Source of the DNA: a virus
Lineage: Duplodnaviria > Heunggongvirae > Uroviricota > Caudoviricetes
Reading direction: 5' to 3' (one strand)
IMG/VR virus record: IMGVR_UViG_2909288124_000003
Span: 1 to 52,915 of that record
Length of the DNA: 52,915 bases
The notes under the pieces were generated by a model that was given only the letters and a program-made list of their open reading frames with translations, was not told where the DNA came from and made no database searches. Of the stretch, positions 28,902 to 37,770 are shown one piece after another. A program made the position numbers and the translations under genes. Numbering within the stretch: position 1 is the stretch's first letter; every line of letters begins with the position of its first letter.

Positions 28902-29516
28902 TCACACCAGTGCGGCTTTAGCTTTGGCGTAACGTTCACGGCGGTCTTTAATGCCGTTCTGCCCGCCGTTAATAATCTGCGTGACGCGTTCCACATCCCC
29001 CGAATAGAGGAGACAACCGCGTAACGTGAAGTACCATGCCGCCGAACGGGCCGCGTGTCGCTCTTGCGTCAATAGTTCCGGAGTGCTCACAAGGTCAAGC
29101 TTCAGCGCCGTACCGCATTTGGTGTAGTTCTCACGACCAGTGATTTGCAGCAGGCCACGACCGCGATATTTCCAGCCATCACCCTGACTGTTATTCCCCA
29201 TGCGGTCACCATAAACCAGATTGGCTATTTGTGGCTGGTGAGCGACCTGTTTACCATCGACACGCCCCAACATTTCGCACTGATACGTCGTCAGGCGCTT
29301 ACCGAAGGTTTTCTTCAGCCCTTCAACCGAGTAGTTAAAGTTCTCTACCAGCGAGGTAAAGCCATTGGATTCATGCCCAACTTGTGCAATGAACATGGCC
29401 TGATCGTTAGCTGCTGTGATTCCAAACTCTTTCATTGCAGCATCAATGTGCGGAAACCAGCGCGCAGCTAACCCGGCGCTAATGCCAGCCGCCTTTTGAA
29501 ATTGTGATTGGTTCAT
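28902..29516 (-). CDS. Endolysin, GH19 chitinase-like lysozyme
   Basis: 204 aa with lysozyme-like blocks (FIAQVGHESNGF, GRGLLQITG, AAWYF), following two small membrane proteins. Confidence 0.65.
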   Translation of the reverse strand: MNQSQFQKAAGISAGLAARWFPHIDAAMKEFGITAANDQAMFIAQVGHESNGFTSLVENFNYSVEGLKKTFGKRLTTYQCEMLGRVDGKQVAHQPQIANLVYGDRMGNNSQGDGWKYRGRGLLQITGRENYTKCGTALKLDLVSTPELLTQERHAARSAAWYFTLRGCLLYSGDVERVTQIINGGQNGIKDRRERYAKAKAALV

Positions 29517-29797
29517 TAGTGCCTCAGATGATCAACCAGGCGCGCAACGTTGCCTCTGACGGCCACTAGCACGGAAAGGAAAATAATGTTGGCCCCAATA
29601 GTGGCCCATGACGAATGAGGATAAATCCCGCACAGGTAGGCCAGAGGCACAGCGCTGTACGTGACAGTAATTAGCCAGGCTAAACGCGAAACCCACGGAC
29701 GATGGCGTGAATCACCACGACGATAAAACATCAGGGTAATCACCACCCCGACGCATAGAAGAGCGTTGATTGTTGCCGATGGGTCATTTAGTACCAC
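29516..29797 (-). CDS. Holin-like membrane protein (3 predicted TM helices)
   Basis: 93 aa with three hydrophobic segments, immediately upstream of the endolysin. Confidence 0.5.
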   Translation of the reverse strand: MVLNDPSATINALLCVGVVITLMFYRRGDSRHRPWVSRLAWLITVTYSAVPLAYLCGIYPHSSWATIGANIIFLSVLVAVRGNVARLVDHLRH

Positions 29798-30170
29798 CAG
29801 AACCTCCCCGGCGCGTTATCAGCGCCACCAAAGAGCCGACATCCTGGTTGTTCAGGAACGTCAGGATTTTGACAGCTAAAGCCGAAACGATTACGGCACC
29901 GATGGCATCCAGAGGCTTATCACTGTAACCAGTCCAGTCAGCCAGCTTTGAACCAACCAGCCCTGAGCAGATGATCCCGGCGATGTAGGACACGACAAAA
30001 TACGCCAGCCGGCGCGCTGCACTCAGGTCCGCGGCGGTTGCAATGTAAAATACAGCCACGGCAAATGCGCCAAACACCACGCCGTAATCGGTTCCGGAAA
30101 CAAATCCATAGACACTGGCTCCCGTCAGGACACCACCAGCCAGCCCAGTACCGGAAATCGGATCGGACAT
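29784..30170 (-). CDS. Holin-like membrane protein
   Basis: 128 aa, Gly/Ala-rich with multiple hydrophobic helices; first gene of this lysis cassette. Confidence 0.45.
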   Translation of the reverse strand: MSDPISGTGLAGGVLTGASVYGFVSGTDYGVVFGAFAVAVFYIATAADLSAARRLAYFVVSYIAGIICSGLVGSKLADWTGYSDKPLDAIGAVIVSALAVKILTFLNNQDVGSLVALITRRGGSGGTK

Positions 30171-30324
30171 TTAGCCCCCTCTTTATTGCTGTGAGTCCTC
30201 TCAGAATGAGGGGAATAAAAAAGGTCACCAGCGGCGACCTAGAGGTGAGTACTATTTTTTACATTAGGGTGATAAGAGGTCATATTTAATTTAAGCCTCA
30301 TAGAGGCTAGGTGTAAAGAACAAG

Positions 30325-31074
30325 TTATTTCCATTTAAATGAATCAATAACTTTCTGAATTATATCACGCACAACCTCTAATGTTTCACGTGTAACATCA
30401 ACCTTGCCGTAACTACCATTACCCATTGTGCAACCGAAACTAGAACCAGACAAATGACTAATAACAAGTACACCACCCTCAGATTTTATTCCACCATCAT
30501 CAATGGGTTGTAACTCAATCAATTTACCTCGTTTCTTTCCTAATACTCTATCTTCAATATGGTGTGATGAGTCTCTGACATGAATTAAATCTGGAAAAGC
30601 CTCACCCATCATCATTTTAATTTTAGATATTCTACTTTGGACTTCTGGTTCCTCAGGAAGAATATTAATTATTTTTTCGATTGTATCCAATGAATATAAA
30701 AATGATTTCGCATATATAAAAGGCAAGCTATGTTGCAAATAACTTGGTAGTTTCCCTTCATTTAATTTTTTTTGATTAAGGATTGATTCTACTTTTTTAC
30801 TTAACTTATCATGATTTTCAAAAACACTTAAGTCAAACTCATGTTCTATAGATTTTTGAATTTGAATCCTTTCCTCTCTGTCTTCCAACCATTCTCTTCT
30901 AGATTCAAAAGCGCCTTGTACATTCGCTATTTCTCTATCAAAAAATAAAAGTGACACAAATGCTTCATTAAAACAAGACTCTAACTGACTGATAATACGC
31001 TCAACATTTCGAGACCATTGGCTATCATCACTGTCGATCCAACTCCCAGGTTTAACTAACTCCATAATTTCCAT
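30325..31074 (-). CDS. Hypothetical 249-aa protein, AT-rich moron directly downstream of the Q-like gene and its terminator
   Basis: Clean ORF, low GC, no recognisable motifs, flanked by terminator-like hairpins. Confidence 0.5.
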   Translation of the reverse strand: MEIMELVKPGSWIDSDDSQWSRNVERIISQLESCFNEAFVSLLFFDREIANVQGAFESRREWLEDREERIQIQKSIEHEFDLSVFENHDKLSKKVESILNQKKLNEGKLPSYLQHSLPFIYAKSFLYSLDTIEKIINILPEEPEVQSRISKIKMMMGEAFPDLIHVRDSSHHIEDRVLGKKRGKLIELQPIDDGGIKSEGGVLVISHLSGSSFGCTMGNGSYGKVDVTRETLEVVRDIIQKVIDSFKWK

Positions 31075-31138
31075 TTCGCCTCCTGATTATCATCATTTAA
31101 CTCAATTTCTCATCTAATATGATAACCAAAAAGGACAC

Positions 31139-31161
31139 AAAAAACCCGCTCAATGGCGGGT
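31139..31161 (-). terminator. Rho-independent terminator downstream of the Q-like gene (tR'-like)
   Basis: Minus strand CCCGCCATTGAGCGGG followed by TTTTTTG. Confidence 0.5.
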
Positions 31162-31211
31162 TCTTGATGTTTGTTGCTCAGTTCGCTTTAACGTCCCGAG
31201 CCTACCACAAT

Positions 31212-31790
31212 TTAAGCACTTTCTTGCTCACTCTGCAACTTAAATCTGTCGCTATTTGTGCCGAATGCGTCACAAACTGGAGCGTACAGGATCGATTCTG
31301 CAAGACTTAGCCAAGTGTCAATGCGTCGACGACAGGTGATCAGCGGCCAGTCAGGATGTTTAGCCTGCAGTTCATTGGCCATCTGCAGCTTGCTCTTGCG
31401 TAGGCGATGGCGGTCGACAATCACGCTATAGAGCGATCGGTAGTCATCATTCATCAGTACAGAAGCAATGACACCATCCACTAACAACCCTTCTTCGTCT
31501 GAACAGAACGCCAGGCCGCTTTTATTTTTGCTGTTGAGGATTTCACGAAGGTACGCTTCAAGTTCAGGTTTGGTGATGCCTGATTTCTTCATACGGCGAA
31601 GCGCATCATTGATAGCTGTCTTGGTGATTTTCCCGGATGCCAGAAGCTGGTTAAACATGTTCCCACCACTACCACCGCCGATATAAGACCAGCGGCCCCA
31701 CATGCGCAACTTACCCTGTATCCAGATGCTTTCCAGAGTACGAAGACGAACCATTTCACCAGATTTACCAACTTCAGAAGGATTAATCAT
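31212..31790 (-). CDS. Putative second antitermination protein (Q-like, different family from the one at 27704..28540)
   Basis: 192-aa basic protein in the canonical Q position (after the nin-like genes, before a terminator and a lysis cassette). The family assignment is from my recollection of 82-type Q motifs, not a search. Confidence 0.4.
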   Translation of the reverse strand: MINPSEVGKSGEMVRLRTLESIWIQGKLRMWGRWSYIGGGSGGNMFNQLLASGKITKTAINDALRRMKKSGITKPELEAYLREILNSKNKSGLAFCSDEEGLLVDGVIASVLMNDDYRSLYSVIVDRHRLRKSKLQMANELQAKHPDWPLITCRRRIDTWLSLAESILYAPVCDAFGTNSDRFKLQSEQESA

Positions 31791-31804
31791 TTAGCGTTCT
31801 CCAC

Positions 31805-32794
31805 TTACGCCAGTACGCCGATTGCCAGCGCACGATCTATAACCCGAAACACCAGGACCAGTTGGTCACCGTATTTCGCTTCAAATGCCACAGGATCAGC
31901 ATGCAACTCGTCGTGATGCTCTCTGCACAGAGGAATCACAAACAGGTCGTGTGCCTTTGTACCCATTCCACCCTGCCCGTGGCCAATCAGGTGATGGGGG
32001 TCGTCAGCTTGCTTGTTACAGCAGACGCACGGCTGGGCCTTAACCCATCTCGTGTATTTCTCATTCACCCAGCGGCGACGCTTGGGTTTAAGCATGAAGG
32101 ATTCCGGCGTCTCTGGGTCAACCTTCATTGCCACTATCTTTTTCGCTTTCTCCTGTACCAGTTGTTTGGCGGGTAATGCCGGAACAATATCGCTTTCACG
32201 TGTTACCGACTGGTGGGACTCTTTCTTCAGACGAAGAGCTTTATGTGCTACGGCTTCAGGTATCTCATCAGCCAGGTCGCTCCTGACCATCCACCAGCAA
32301 AACTCCGGCAGTGTAAGAATGTGGTCCTCACTGAAACCTAATTGGCCGTTTACAACCTTCAGTAGCCAGGATACCAGGTTTTCACGGGCTATACCCGCCA
32401 GACCTTCAGTGAACTGATCACGAATTTTTAAGTCACAGCCCCAGCACGTGCGGATTGAGCCAGGTGCATGCCGGGTTATGGTGTAGTTGCGATCGTGCCA
32501 CTCGCTGTGTGGGTACTGACATTCCAGTTTTCTTTCGAGCCAAGCATCCAGTGAATTGAGTCCACCTGCACGATGTATGACCTTCTGATTTTCGAAGACA
32601 TCACGCATTAACGGATCATTCTGAAGCTCCTGAGTTGTCTCAGGCAGCAGACCAGACGGTAACTCAGCCATTGACTCTGCCTGTGGCTCGATAAGAACAC
32701 GCCCACGTCTGAACAGATGCATCAGTTCACTGCCTGGGCGAAATAACACTACCCCGGTCATCGGTGCCACTTCAGGTGTCAGTAATGCCCTCAC
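31805..32794 (-). CDS. DUF968-like protein with C-terminal HNH/zinc-finger-like motif
   Basis: 329 aa with C-terminal CVCC...HH...H cluster; nin-region position typical of Rac/Qin-like prophages. Confidence 0.45.
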   Translation of the reverse strand: MRALLTPEVAPMTGVVLFRPGSELMHLFRRGRVLIEPQAESMAELPSGLLPETTQELQNDPLMRDVFENQKVIHRAGGLNSLDAWLERKLECQYPHSEWHDRNYTITRHAPGSIRTCWGCDLKIRDQFTEGLAGIARENLVSWLLKVVNGQLGFSEDHILTLPEFCWWMVRSDLADEIPEAVAHKALRLKKESHQSVTRESDIVPALPAKQLVQEKAKKIVAMKVDPETPESFMLKPKRRRWVNEKYTRWVKAQPCVCCNKQADDPHHLIGHGQGGMGTKAHDLFVIPLCREHHDELHADPVAFEAKYGDQLVLVFRVIDRALAIGVLA

Positions 32795-33513
32795 GCTACC
32801 TGCCCCTTAGCAATATGCTCTGCCCACAGACCACCAATCCAACGAACACCCTTGGCGGTGAAGCGGGACTGATTGAACGCGTAATTTGTCTGGTTTGTCG
32901 TGCCCGTCTTCACCTCGAAGCGCCCTGCTTCGATATGCTTGCTCTTTGGCGTAAGAACACGGTTAAGCCGGTACATGATGCCGTTCTCAATCAGGAACAT
33001 CGCAAACTCTGGCTCTTTGGCGTTAAGCAGCTTGGCCACCTGTCGGAAAGTCATTGAACCAGTAGCCGTCACATACCGATCAACGAACTCGGCCTTCGGT
33101 GCCGCTACTGCCAGTTCTTCACTCAGGCGCTGTTTCTGTTCTGCCAGATCAGCAGCAAGGCGCAAAGCTTCAGGAAGTGACCGTGGAACAATCATTCCAC
33201 CGCTGCTCTCCAGTTCCTGCCAACGGTCAACAAGTCGGGCCGTGAACTCTGGTGACAACTGGGCAACGATCACATAGCTATCACGCTTATTCACTTCGTA
33301 GTGATGATAGGTCTGTCCGTTCTGGGGATGGGTGTACTGCAATGCAGCATACCCTTCAATCACACCGGAATTCATGAGGCGCTCTATCGTTACGCAGACA
33401 TTGCTGTGCCGGGAATCGACCAGTTTTGCAATCTCACGGCTGGACATGGTTATCTGCTGCCCAACAGCTGCTGTATGGTGTGCCTGGCACATTACGGTGA
33501 TGTTCATCTGATT
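32791..33513 (-). CDS. Antirepressor (Rha N-terminal domain plus KilA-C-like C-terminal domain)
   Basis: ITMSSREIAKLVDSRHSNVCVTIERLM is typical of the Rha family. The start is uncertain because there are several in-frame Met codons. Confidence 0.6.
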   Translation of the reverse strand, partial: NQMNITVMCQAHHTAAVGQQITMSSREIAKLVDSRHSNVCVTIERLMNSGVIEGYAALQYTHPQNGQTYHHYEVNKRDSYVIVAQLSPEFTARLVDRWQELESSGGMIVPRSLPEALRLAADLAEQKQRLSEELAVAAPKAEFVDRYVTATGSMTFRQVAKLLNAKEPEFAMFLIENGIMYRLNRVLTPKSKHIEAGRFEVKTGTTNQTNYAFNQSRFTAKGVRWIGGLWAEHIAKGQVA

Positions 33514-33532
33514 CATGCTCTGTCTCCACTTA

Positions 33533-33922
33533 TCAGGCGGCTGCACCCGCCACAGTTTCAAAACGGCTGATCGTTATTTCTACCCTTCCAGGCTTTACTG
33601 CCGGCCCCCACTCGATAGCCATCCGCTTAACCTGACTATCGTCTTCCCAGACTCTGGCATTCGTCAGTGCGTCGAACAGCGCTTTGTTGTAGTTGTCCAG
33701 ATCCCGCCGTCTGTTATCTGGCGGGAAAAGAACTATGTTTACCTCAACGTTGACGTTAACTGGTTTAGGTATACCGCCGTACTGCTGCACAACAGAGGCG
33801 TAAACATTCTTCTTGAACTTCCTCCCCATCTCACTTATCAGATGCTTACCCTTTAACGCGCCGCGGTCAGGGGACCGGTAATAGGTGTTAACAGTTGGCG
33901 GGAATGGCAACGTTAGTTTCAT
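33533..33922 (-). CDS. rusA: Holliday junction resolvase RusA
   Basis: MKLTLPFPPTVNTYYR... is the characteristic RusA N-terminus; ATGA overlap with the upstream stop. Confidence 0.8.
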   Translation of the reverse strand: MKLTLPFPPTVNTYYRSPDRGALKGKHLISEMGRKFKKNVYASVVQQYGGIPKPVNVNVEVNIVLFPPDNRRRDLDNYNKALFDALTNARVWEDDSQVKRMAIEWGPAVKPGRVEITISRFETVAGAAA

Positions 33923-34239
33923 TGCTGAACACCTCTCGCTTCCAGCCATGACAAGGCGCGTTCTCTTGAATCGCTATCACCGTTAATGAGTGACTTGATG
34001 ATCGATATCGCGTCTACCTCATCGTTTGCTGAAATAACGGTAATCCCTCTGGAAACTCCAGGCGCAACTGAGATATATCCCTTCTTCGCTATGGCCTTCA
34101 CATGCTCCGCTGCAGCGTTCGGTGATGAGCAACCAATCAGCCCAGCCAGTTCACATATCGTTGGAGGGAATCCGAACCGGCGCTGATAGTTCACGATCGA
34201 ACCAAGTACTTCACTTTGTCTCACGGTAAGTTTGTTCAC
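33919..34239 (-). CDS. LexA DNA-binding-domain-only protein (no S24 peptidase domain)
   Basis: LTVRQSEVLGSIVNYQRRFGFPPTICELAGLIGCSSPNAAAEHVKAIAKKGYISVAPGVSRGI aligns with the LexA N-terminal winged helix. The protein ends after about 106 aa. Confidence 0.6.
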   Translation of the reverse strand: MNKLTVRQSEVLGSIVNYQRRFGFPPTICELAGLIGCSSPNAAAEHVKAIAKKGYISVAPGVSRGITVISANDEVDAISIIKSLINGDSDSRERALSWLEARGVQQ

Positions 34240-34240
34240 T

Positions 34241-34459
34241 TCAGCGCTCCTTAATCCGCTTGTTCAGAATCCCGACTTCGAGATACAAATGAGATGGCGT
34301 AAAGCCAAGTTGCTTAACCATCCCCATGGCACCGTTAAAAATTGGCCTGGCTATTTCGTCACAATTCATACCAGGATTAGCCTTGCGTTTAGCGGTTATT
34401 TCCTCGTTGCATCTTCTGGCGATGTTACGAAGCGCGTTACGTGCTTCAACGTCCTGCAT
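34241..34459 (-). CDS. Hypothetical small basic protein
   Basis: ORF in the nin-like region; start uncertain. Confidence 0.3.
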   Translation of the reverse strand: MQDVEARNALRNIARRCNEEITAKRKANPGMNCDEIARPIFNGAMGMVKQLGFTPSHLYLEVGILNKRIKER

Positions 34460-34637
34460 AAGCCACCTCCAGCAGCGGAGCAGGTTTACCAACGTAACCA
34501 GGTGACATGATTACATCAGGATTTTCTGCCTGATTTCCCCAGTGATGCCAGCCGGGAGCCGAACAGCGGCTGAACAACTCAATGCGTGATACATCGCCGT
34601 ATAATTGCTCCAGACGGTAACGCGCTTCTGCTGGCTT

Positions 34638-35114
34638 CTAGCTGTGTTCGCTGAGTGGGCTGTAGATAACCTGTTTTACGCTCGCATTCTGACGCTCAAG
34701 ACCTTTCCCTCTGGTAGCGATTAACAGATCCTCGGTATTGGCGCGGGTATAGTTACCACCGTTCATTCGGGTCTGAGCGTTCAACAGGTCGAGGAAGTCG
34801 TAAAAGTCCTCTACACCACCAGCCTGAAGCGCTTTATTGATATGCTGTTCTGCCAGTGAGTTAAGCTTCACCCAGGTGAATCCCTTCATGGTCCGAACCT
34901 TAAAACCCCATGCCTCAGCCAGTTCGATAGCTTCGCGGGTGTGTGTACCGGTGAACCACATGGCCAGAACGGAATTTTCCGCAGCCAGCTCCCAGACAGG
35001 CAGGCGTTTTATGTCGATGAGTTTCATCGTGCCGTAATGGTTTTCCGCTGCACCATTGCTGATGGTGTTTCCGTATTCCCACGGCGGATCAGCGTAAATC
35101 AGTGAATAGCCCAT
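34638..35114 (-). CDS. DNA N6-adenine methyltransferase (DPPW motif, MT-A70/Dam-like), orphan
   Basis: MGYSLIYADPPWEY catalytic motif. Its ATG overlaps the stop of the upstream ORF, and no adjacent restriction gene is seen. Confidence 0.7.
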   Translation of the reverse strand: MGYSLIYADPPWEYGNTISNGAAENHYGTMKLIDIKRLPVWELAAENSVLAMWFTGTHTREAIELAEAWGFKVRTMKGFTWVKLNSLAEQHINKALQAGGVEDFYDFLDLLNAQTRMNGGNYTRANTEDLLIATRGKGLERQNASVKQVIYSPLSEHS

Positions 35115-35557
35115 TAACGACCTCCCGAAAATCGACCAGCCAGATAGCACCCGTCTTCAGAAATAACCGCTGGTTTAGCCAGGCCAAGACAGCGCTGACG
35201 TTCTGCCAGAATTGCTGCTCGCTCTGATTCAATAGCTGACACGCTGAACGCTTGCATGTATATCGTCGCGGCACGGTGAAAGAGGCCTTTCGACTCCACA
35301 CATTTCGCCGTTTCCATCAGGGCGCTGACTTCAGGGGTTGGTTCAAAAACCTCGAAGTGGCAATCTGCTGGCGGTTCTGCGTAATAGCGATAACACTTTC
35401 CCGCGTGTTTACGTGTTGCACGCTTTGTATCAACTAGTCGGCATACGGCACGCTGAACCGACTGAATATCGTATTCTGTCAGTGCTGCAGCTATCTGCTT
35501 GTTGGTTAGCCCAGGGTTCTGAGCTACAAACATCTGGATAGTTTTCAGTAAGCTCAT
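35114..35557 (-). CDS. Hypothetical protein with N-terminal HTH, replication-module position
   Basis: 147 aa between the O-like gene and the methylase, translationally coupled to the methylase. Confidence 0.4.
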   Translation of the reverse strand: MSLLKTIQMFVAQNPGLTNKQIAAALTEYDIQSVQRAVCRLVDTKRATRKHAGKCYRYYAEPPADCHFEVFEPTPEVSALMETAKCVESKGLFHRAATIYMQAFSVSAIESERAAILAERQRCLGLAKPAVISEDGCYLAGRFSGGR

Positions 35558-35559
35558 CG

Positions 35560-36468
35560 TTACCCCCTGAAGCCCGCAGGAATCGTTGTATCAACAGGAC
35601 CAAAATCCATCACATCGCGCCTTTTAGCGCCCCAGTCAGCGCGCTTGGGTCGTCCCTTCTGGTCCCAGCGGGTGGCGCTTTGCAGATAGCTCTCGAATTT
35701 CCTCGGTCCGAACAGCGTTTCAGGTCGCATGTACTGGTACTGCTCGTCGTTCTCGTGCCAGTGCTCATGTTTGAGGTCGATAACAAGTTGCAGGTCAGCA
35801 ACGCTGTAACCATCACGCAGTCGGGCACGGATGTTCTCCAGGGATGTTTTTGACTTCTGATACCGGGATCCGCTGATTTGGTTCAAATGGGACAACACCA
35901 AAATCGCCTGATCAGTAATCACAACTTCAGGGTCTGGTTGCCCTGCAACCGGACAAGAGTCTTTACCTGTAATCTCTGTAGTACTCTCTGTTGTATTCTC
36001 TGTAGGATCATCAGTGCATTTTGACCTAATGACAGCGGTTCGTTTTGACCTGATGGAGTGTGTCACTTTGACCTCTTCCATCGTGTCATTTTGACCTGAT
36101 GGAACAGCGCATTTTGACCTCTTCGATTCGGTCACTTTGACTTCATCTAAAAGCTCGCTTTCATAGTTGATCGTGTAGAAGTTGGTCATGTCGCGTTGAG
36201 ACTTGTTCAACTGCTCAATTTTGAGCACGCCGAGTGTCTTCAGGCGGGTGAAGGTACGCTTCAGGGTCGACTCAGACCAGAACGGGAACTGCTCCAGCCA
36301 CTGTTCTGTCGTGTTGTAAATCCAGCGTACACCATCACTTTCCATGCCTGATTTGGTCTCTTGCAGCCAGTAATTAATCTGCTGCAAAGCAATCGCCTCA
36401 TTCAGGCCAATGCTGTATGCAAGTTCAGGATTTATTACTATTGGCCGCGATGTCATTAACAGGCTCAT
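35560..36468 (-). CDS. Replication initiator (lambda O-like replisome organizer) containing origin iterons
   Basis: N-terminal organizer-like region and C-terminal conserved phage region; the repeated peptide linker is encoded by the DNA iterons. Confidence 0.7.
   Translation of the reverse strand: MSLLMTSRPIVINPELAYSIGLNEAIALQQINYWLQETKSGMESDGVRWIYNTTEQWLEQFPFWSESTLKRTFTRLKTLGVLKIEQLNKSQRDMTNFYTINYESELLDEVKVTESKRSKCAVPSGQNDTMEEVKVTHSIRSKRTAVIRSKCTDDPTENTTESTTEITGKDSCPVAGQPDPEVVITDQAILVLSHLNQISGSRYQKSKTSLENIRARLRDGYSVADLQLVIDLKHEHWHENDEQYQYMRPETLFGPRKFESYLQSATRWDQKGRPKRADWGAKRRDVMDFGPVDTTIPAGFRG
36017..36143. repeat. Origin iterons: six copies of (C/T)NTTTGACCT spaced 22-25 bp inside the O-like gene
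   Basis: gcattttgacct, cgttttgacct, tcactttgacct, tcattttgacct, gcattttgacct, tcactttgactt at regular spacing. Confidence 0.7.
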
Positions 36469-36637
36469 TCTGACCCTCTATTTCCCTGAATTTACGCTGG
36501 AACTGTTCGAGTGGACTGAAGCACTCATGCTCATATCCGTCGCGCAGGTATATAACCCGTTGAGTTTCTGGTTCCCACCGGATAACCCTGACAGGGACGC
36601 CGTAACTGTCTTTAAACCATCTGTTGAGTGCTCGCAT
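36425..36637 (-). CDS. Hypothetical small protein
   Basis: 70-aa ORF with protein-like composition between the YdaT-like and O-like genes; overlaps the O-like start by about 40 nt, so it is uncertain. Confidence 0.3.
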   Translation of the reverse strand: MRALNRWFKDSYGVPVRVIRWEPETQRVIYLRDGYEHECFSPLEQFQRKFREIEGQNEPVNDIAANSNKS

Positions 36638-36812
36638 TCGACCTTCTCCGCCTGGCCGTTGAAATCACCTACAACCCAATCAGCAAACTGGTAGCAGACA
36701 GGCTCAAAGCATCCGGATACCATTACCCCATACACGAACTGCACCGGACCTTTTCCACCCGGCATAGGTCGAGCAATAAGTTGCGACCTGCGGTACTGTG
36801 TTGTTACACTGT

Positions 36813-37376
36813 TCATGCGTTAGTTTCTCCACTGATACGACACGCCAAGGCGCCCGGAGCTGCACACTCGCGGGCGTCACCTTTTCTGCCTGTTGAAACG
36901 AATACGTCAATCGCCTGATCTGAAACACCAACCCCATAAAGCGCCATAAATCCCAGGAACCCGTGAATCTGGTGGCGGAGCTTCTTACTGAATAATTCTG
37001 AAAGCGTTTTGCGCTCTGATGAATCAATTACCCCATCAGCCGCTGCTGCCATCTTGGCATTAGCCAGCTCACCAGATGCTGCTGCCGCTTTCATCTCAAT
37101 GCTGTACAGCTCAACGTTATCCAGGCTCTCAGCAGTTGGAACATCCACCAGCCATTTCCCTTTGCGGTTCGCCTGGTACTCGGCCAAGTAACAAGAACCA
37201 GACAGGTCCTCCATCCGTTCCAGTTCTGCCAAGGTAAAGAACCGACTGCCACACTTCTGGTACAGGTGGTTGTGGAACTGGTCGATAGTCATCCCTAAAT
37301 CGGAAGCCATACCTAAGCGACCATGCTTGTGTGCCTTACACATCAGACGGATTGCTGTATTTATGCTGTCTACCAT
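36813..37376 (-). CDS. YdaT-like protein (cII-position regulator)
   Basis: Start trimmed to MVDSINTAIRLM with RBS AGAGGGA; sits downstream of the Cro-like gene as in Rac-type prophages. Confidence 0.5.
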   Translation of the reverse strand: MVDSINTAIRLMCKAHKHGRLGMASDLGMTIDQFHNHLYQKCGSRFFTLAELERMEDLSGSCYLAEYQANRKGKWLVDVPTAESLDNVELYSIEMKAAAASGELANAKMAAAADGVIDSSERKTLSELFSKKLRHQIHGFLGFMALYGVGVSDQAIDVFVSTGRKGDARECAAPGALACRISGETNA

Positions 37377-37407
37377 GTTGATTTCCCTCTGGTAGTTAAT
37401 AATCAAC

Positions 37408-37665
37408 TTAAAGTTGACTATTGTTGTTAGCGGAAGGTATGCCGTCATTTTTGTTCGGATAAATATCAGGTCGTAATTGATGGGGAGTTACTACCCATCC
37501 GCCCCATTGGCAGAGTTGAATAACTCTTTCAGAAGGTACTCGGTTCTTTGCAATCCAGTTCGCAACAGATTGAACTGATTGGAATTCAAACCGCCTTGAT
37601 ACCTCTGAAATCGACCCGATCGCCTTCACAGCTTTAGCTGTTACATTCTTGTGTTGAGATGACAT
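37408..37665 (-). CDS. Cro-like HTH regulator (YdaS family)
   Basis: 85 aa, start trimmed to MSSQHKNVTAKAV with RBS AGGAGA; divergent from the repressor gene. Confidence 0.65.
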   Translation of the reverse strand: MSSQHKNVTAKAVKAIGSISEVSRRFEFQSVQSVANWIAKNRVPSERVIQLCQWGGWVVTPHQLRPDIYPNKNDGIPSANNNSQL

Positions 37666-37770
37666 GTGTTCTCCTATGACTAAGCCTGCATCAATACTAC
37701 TCATAGTAGCAATTATTAGCAACTTAAAATAGAAATGACAACTATGCCTTGTGCGCTTAATCTTCTACTT
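37666..37770. promoter_or_regulatory. Immunity region (OR-like) between the Cro-like and cI-like genes, with palindrome CTACTCATAGTAG at 37697..37709
   Basis: Divergent intergenic region; the CTACT...AGTAG half-sites recur in the promoter at 38560..38589. Confidence 0.5.

Noticed and set aside
28544-28996. Full-length 150-aa ORF as annotated in the track
   Set aside because: The first 34 codons overlap the endolysin gene out of frame; I trimmed it to the internal Met that begins the transmembrane helix.
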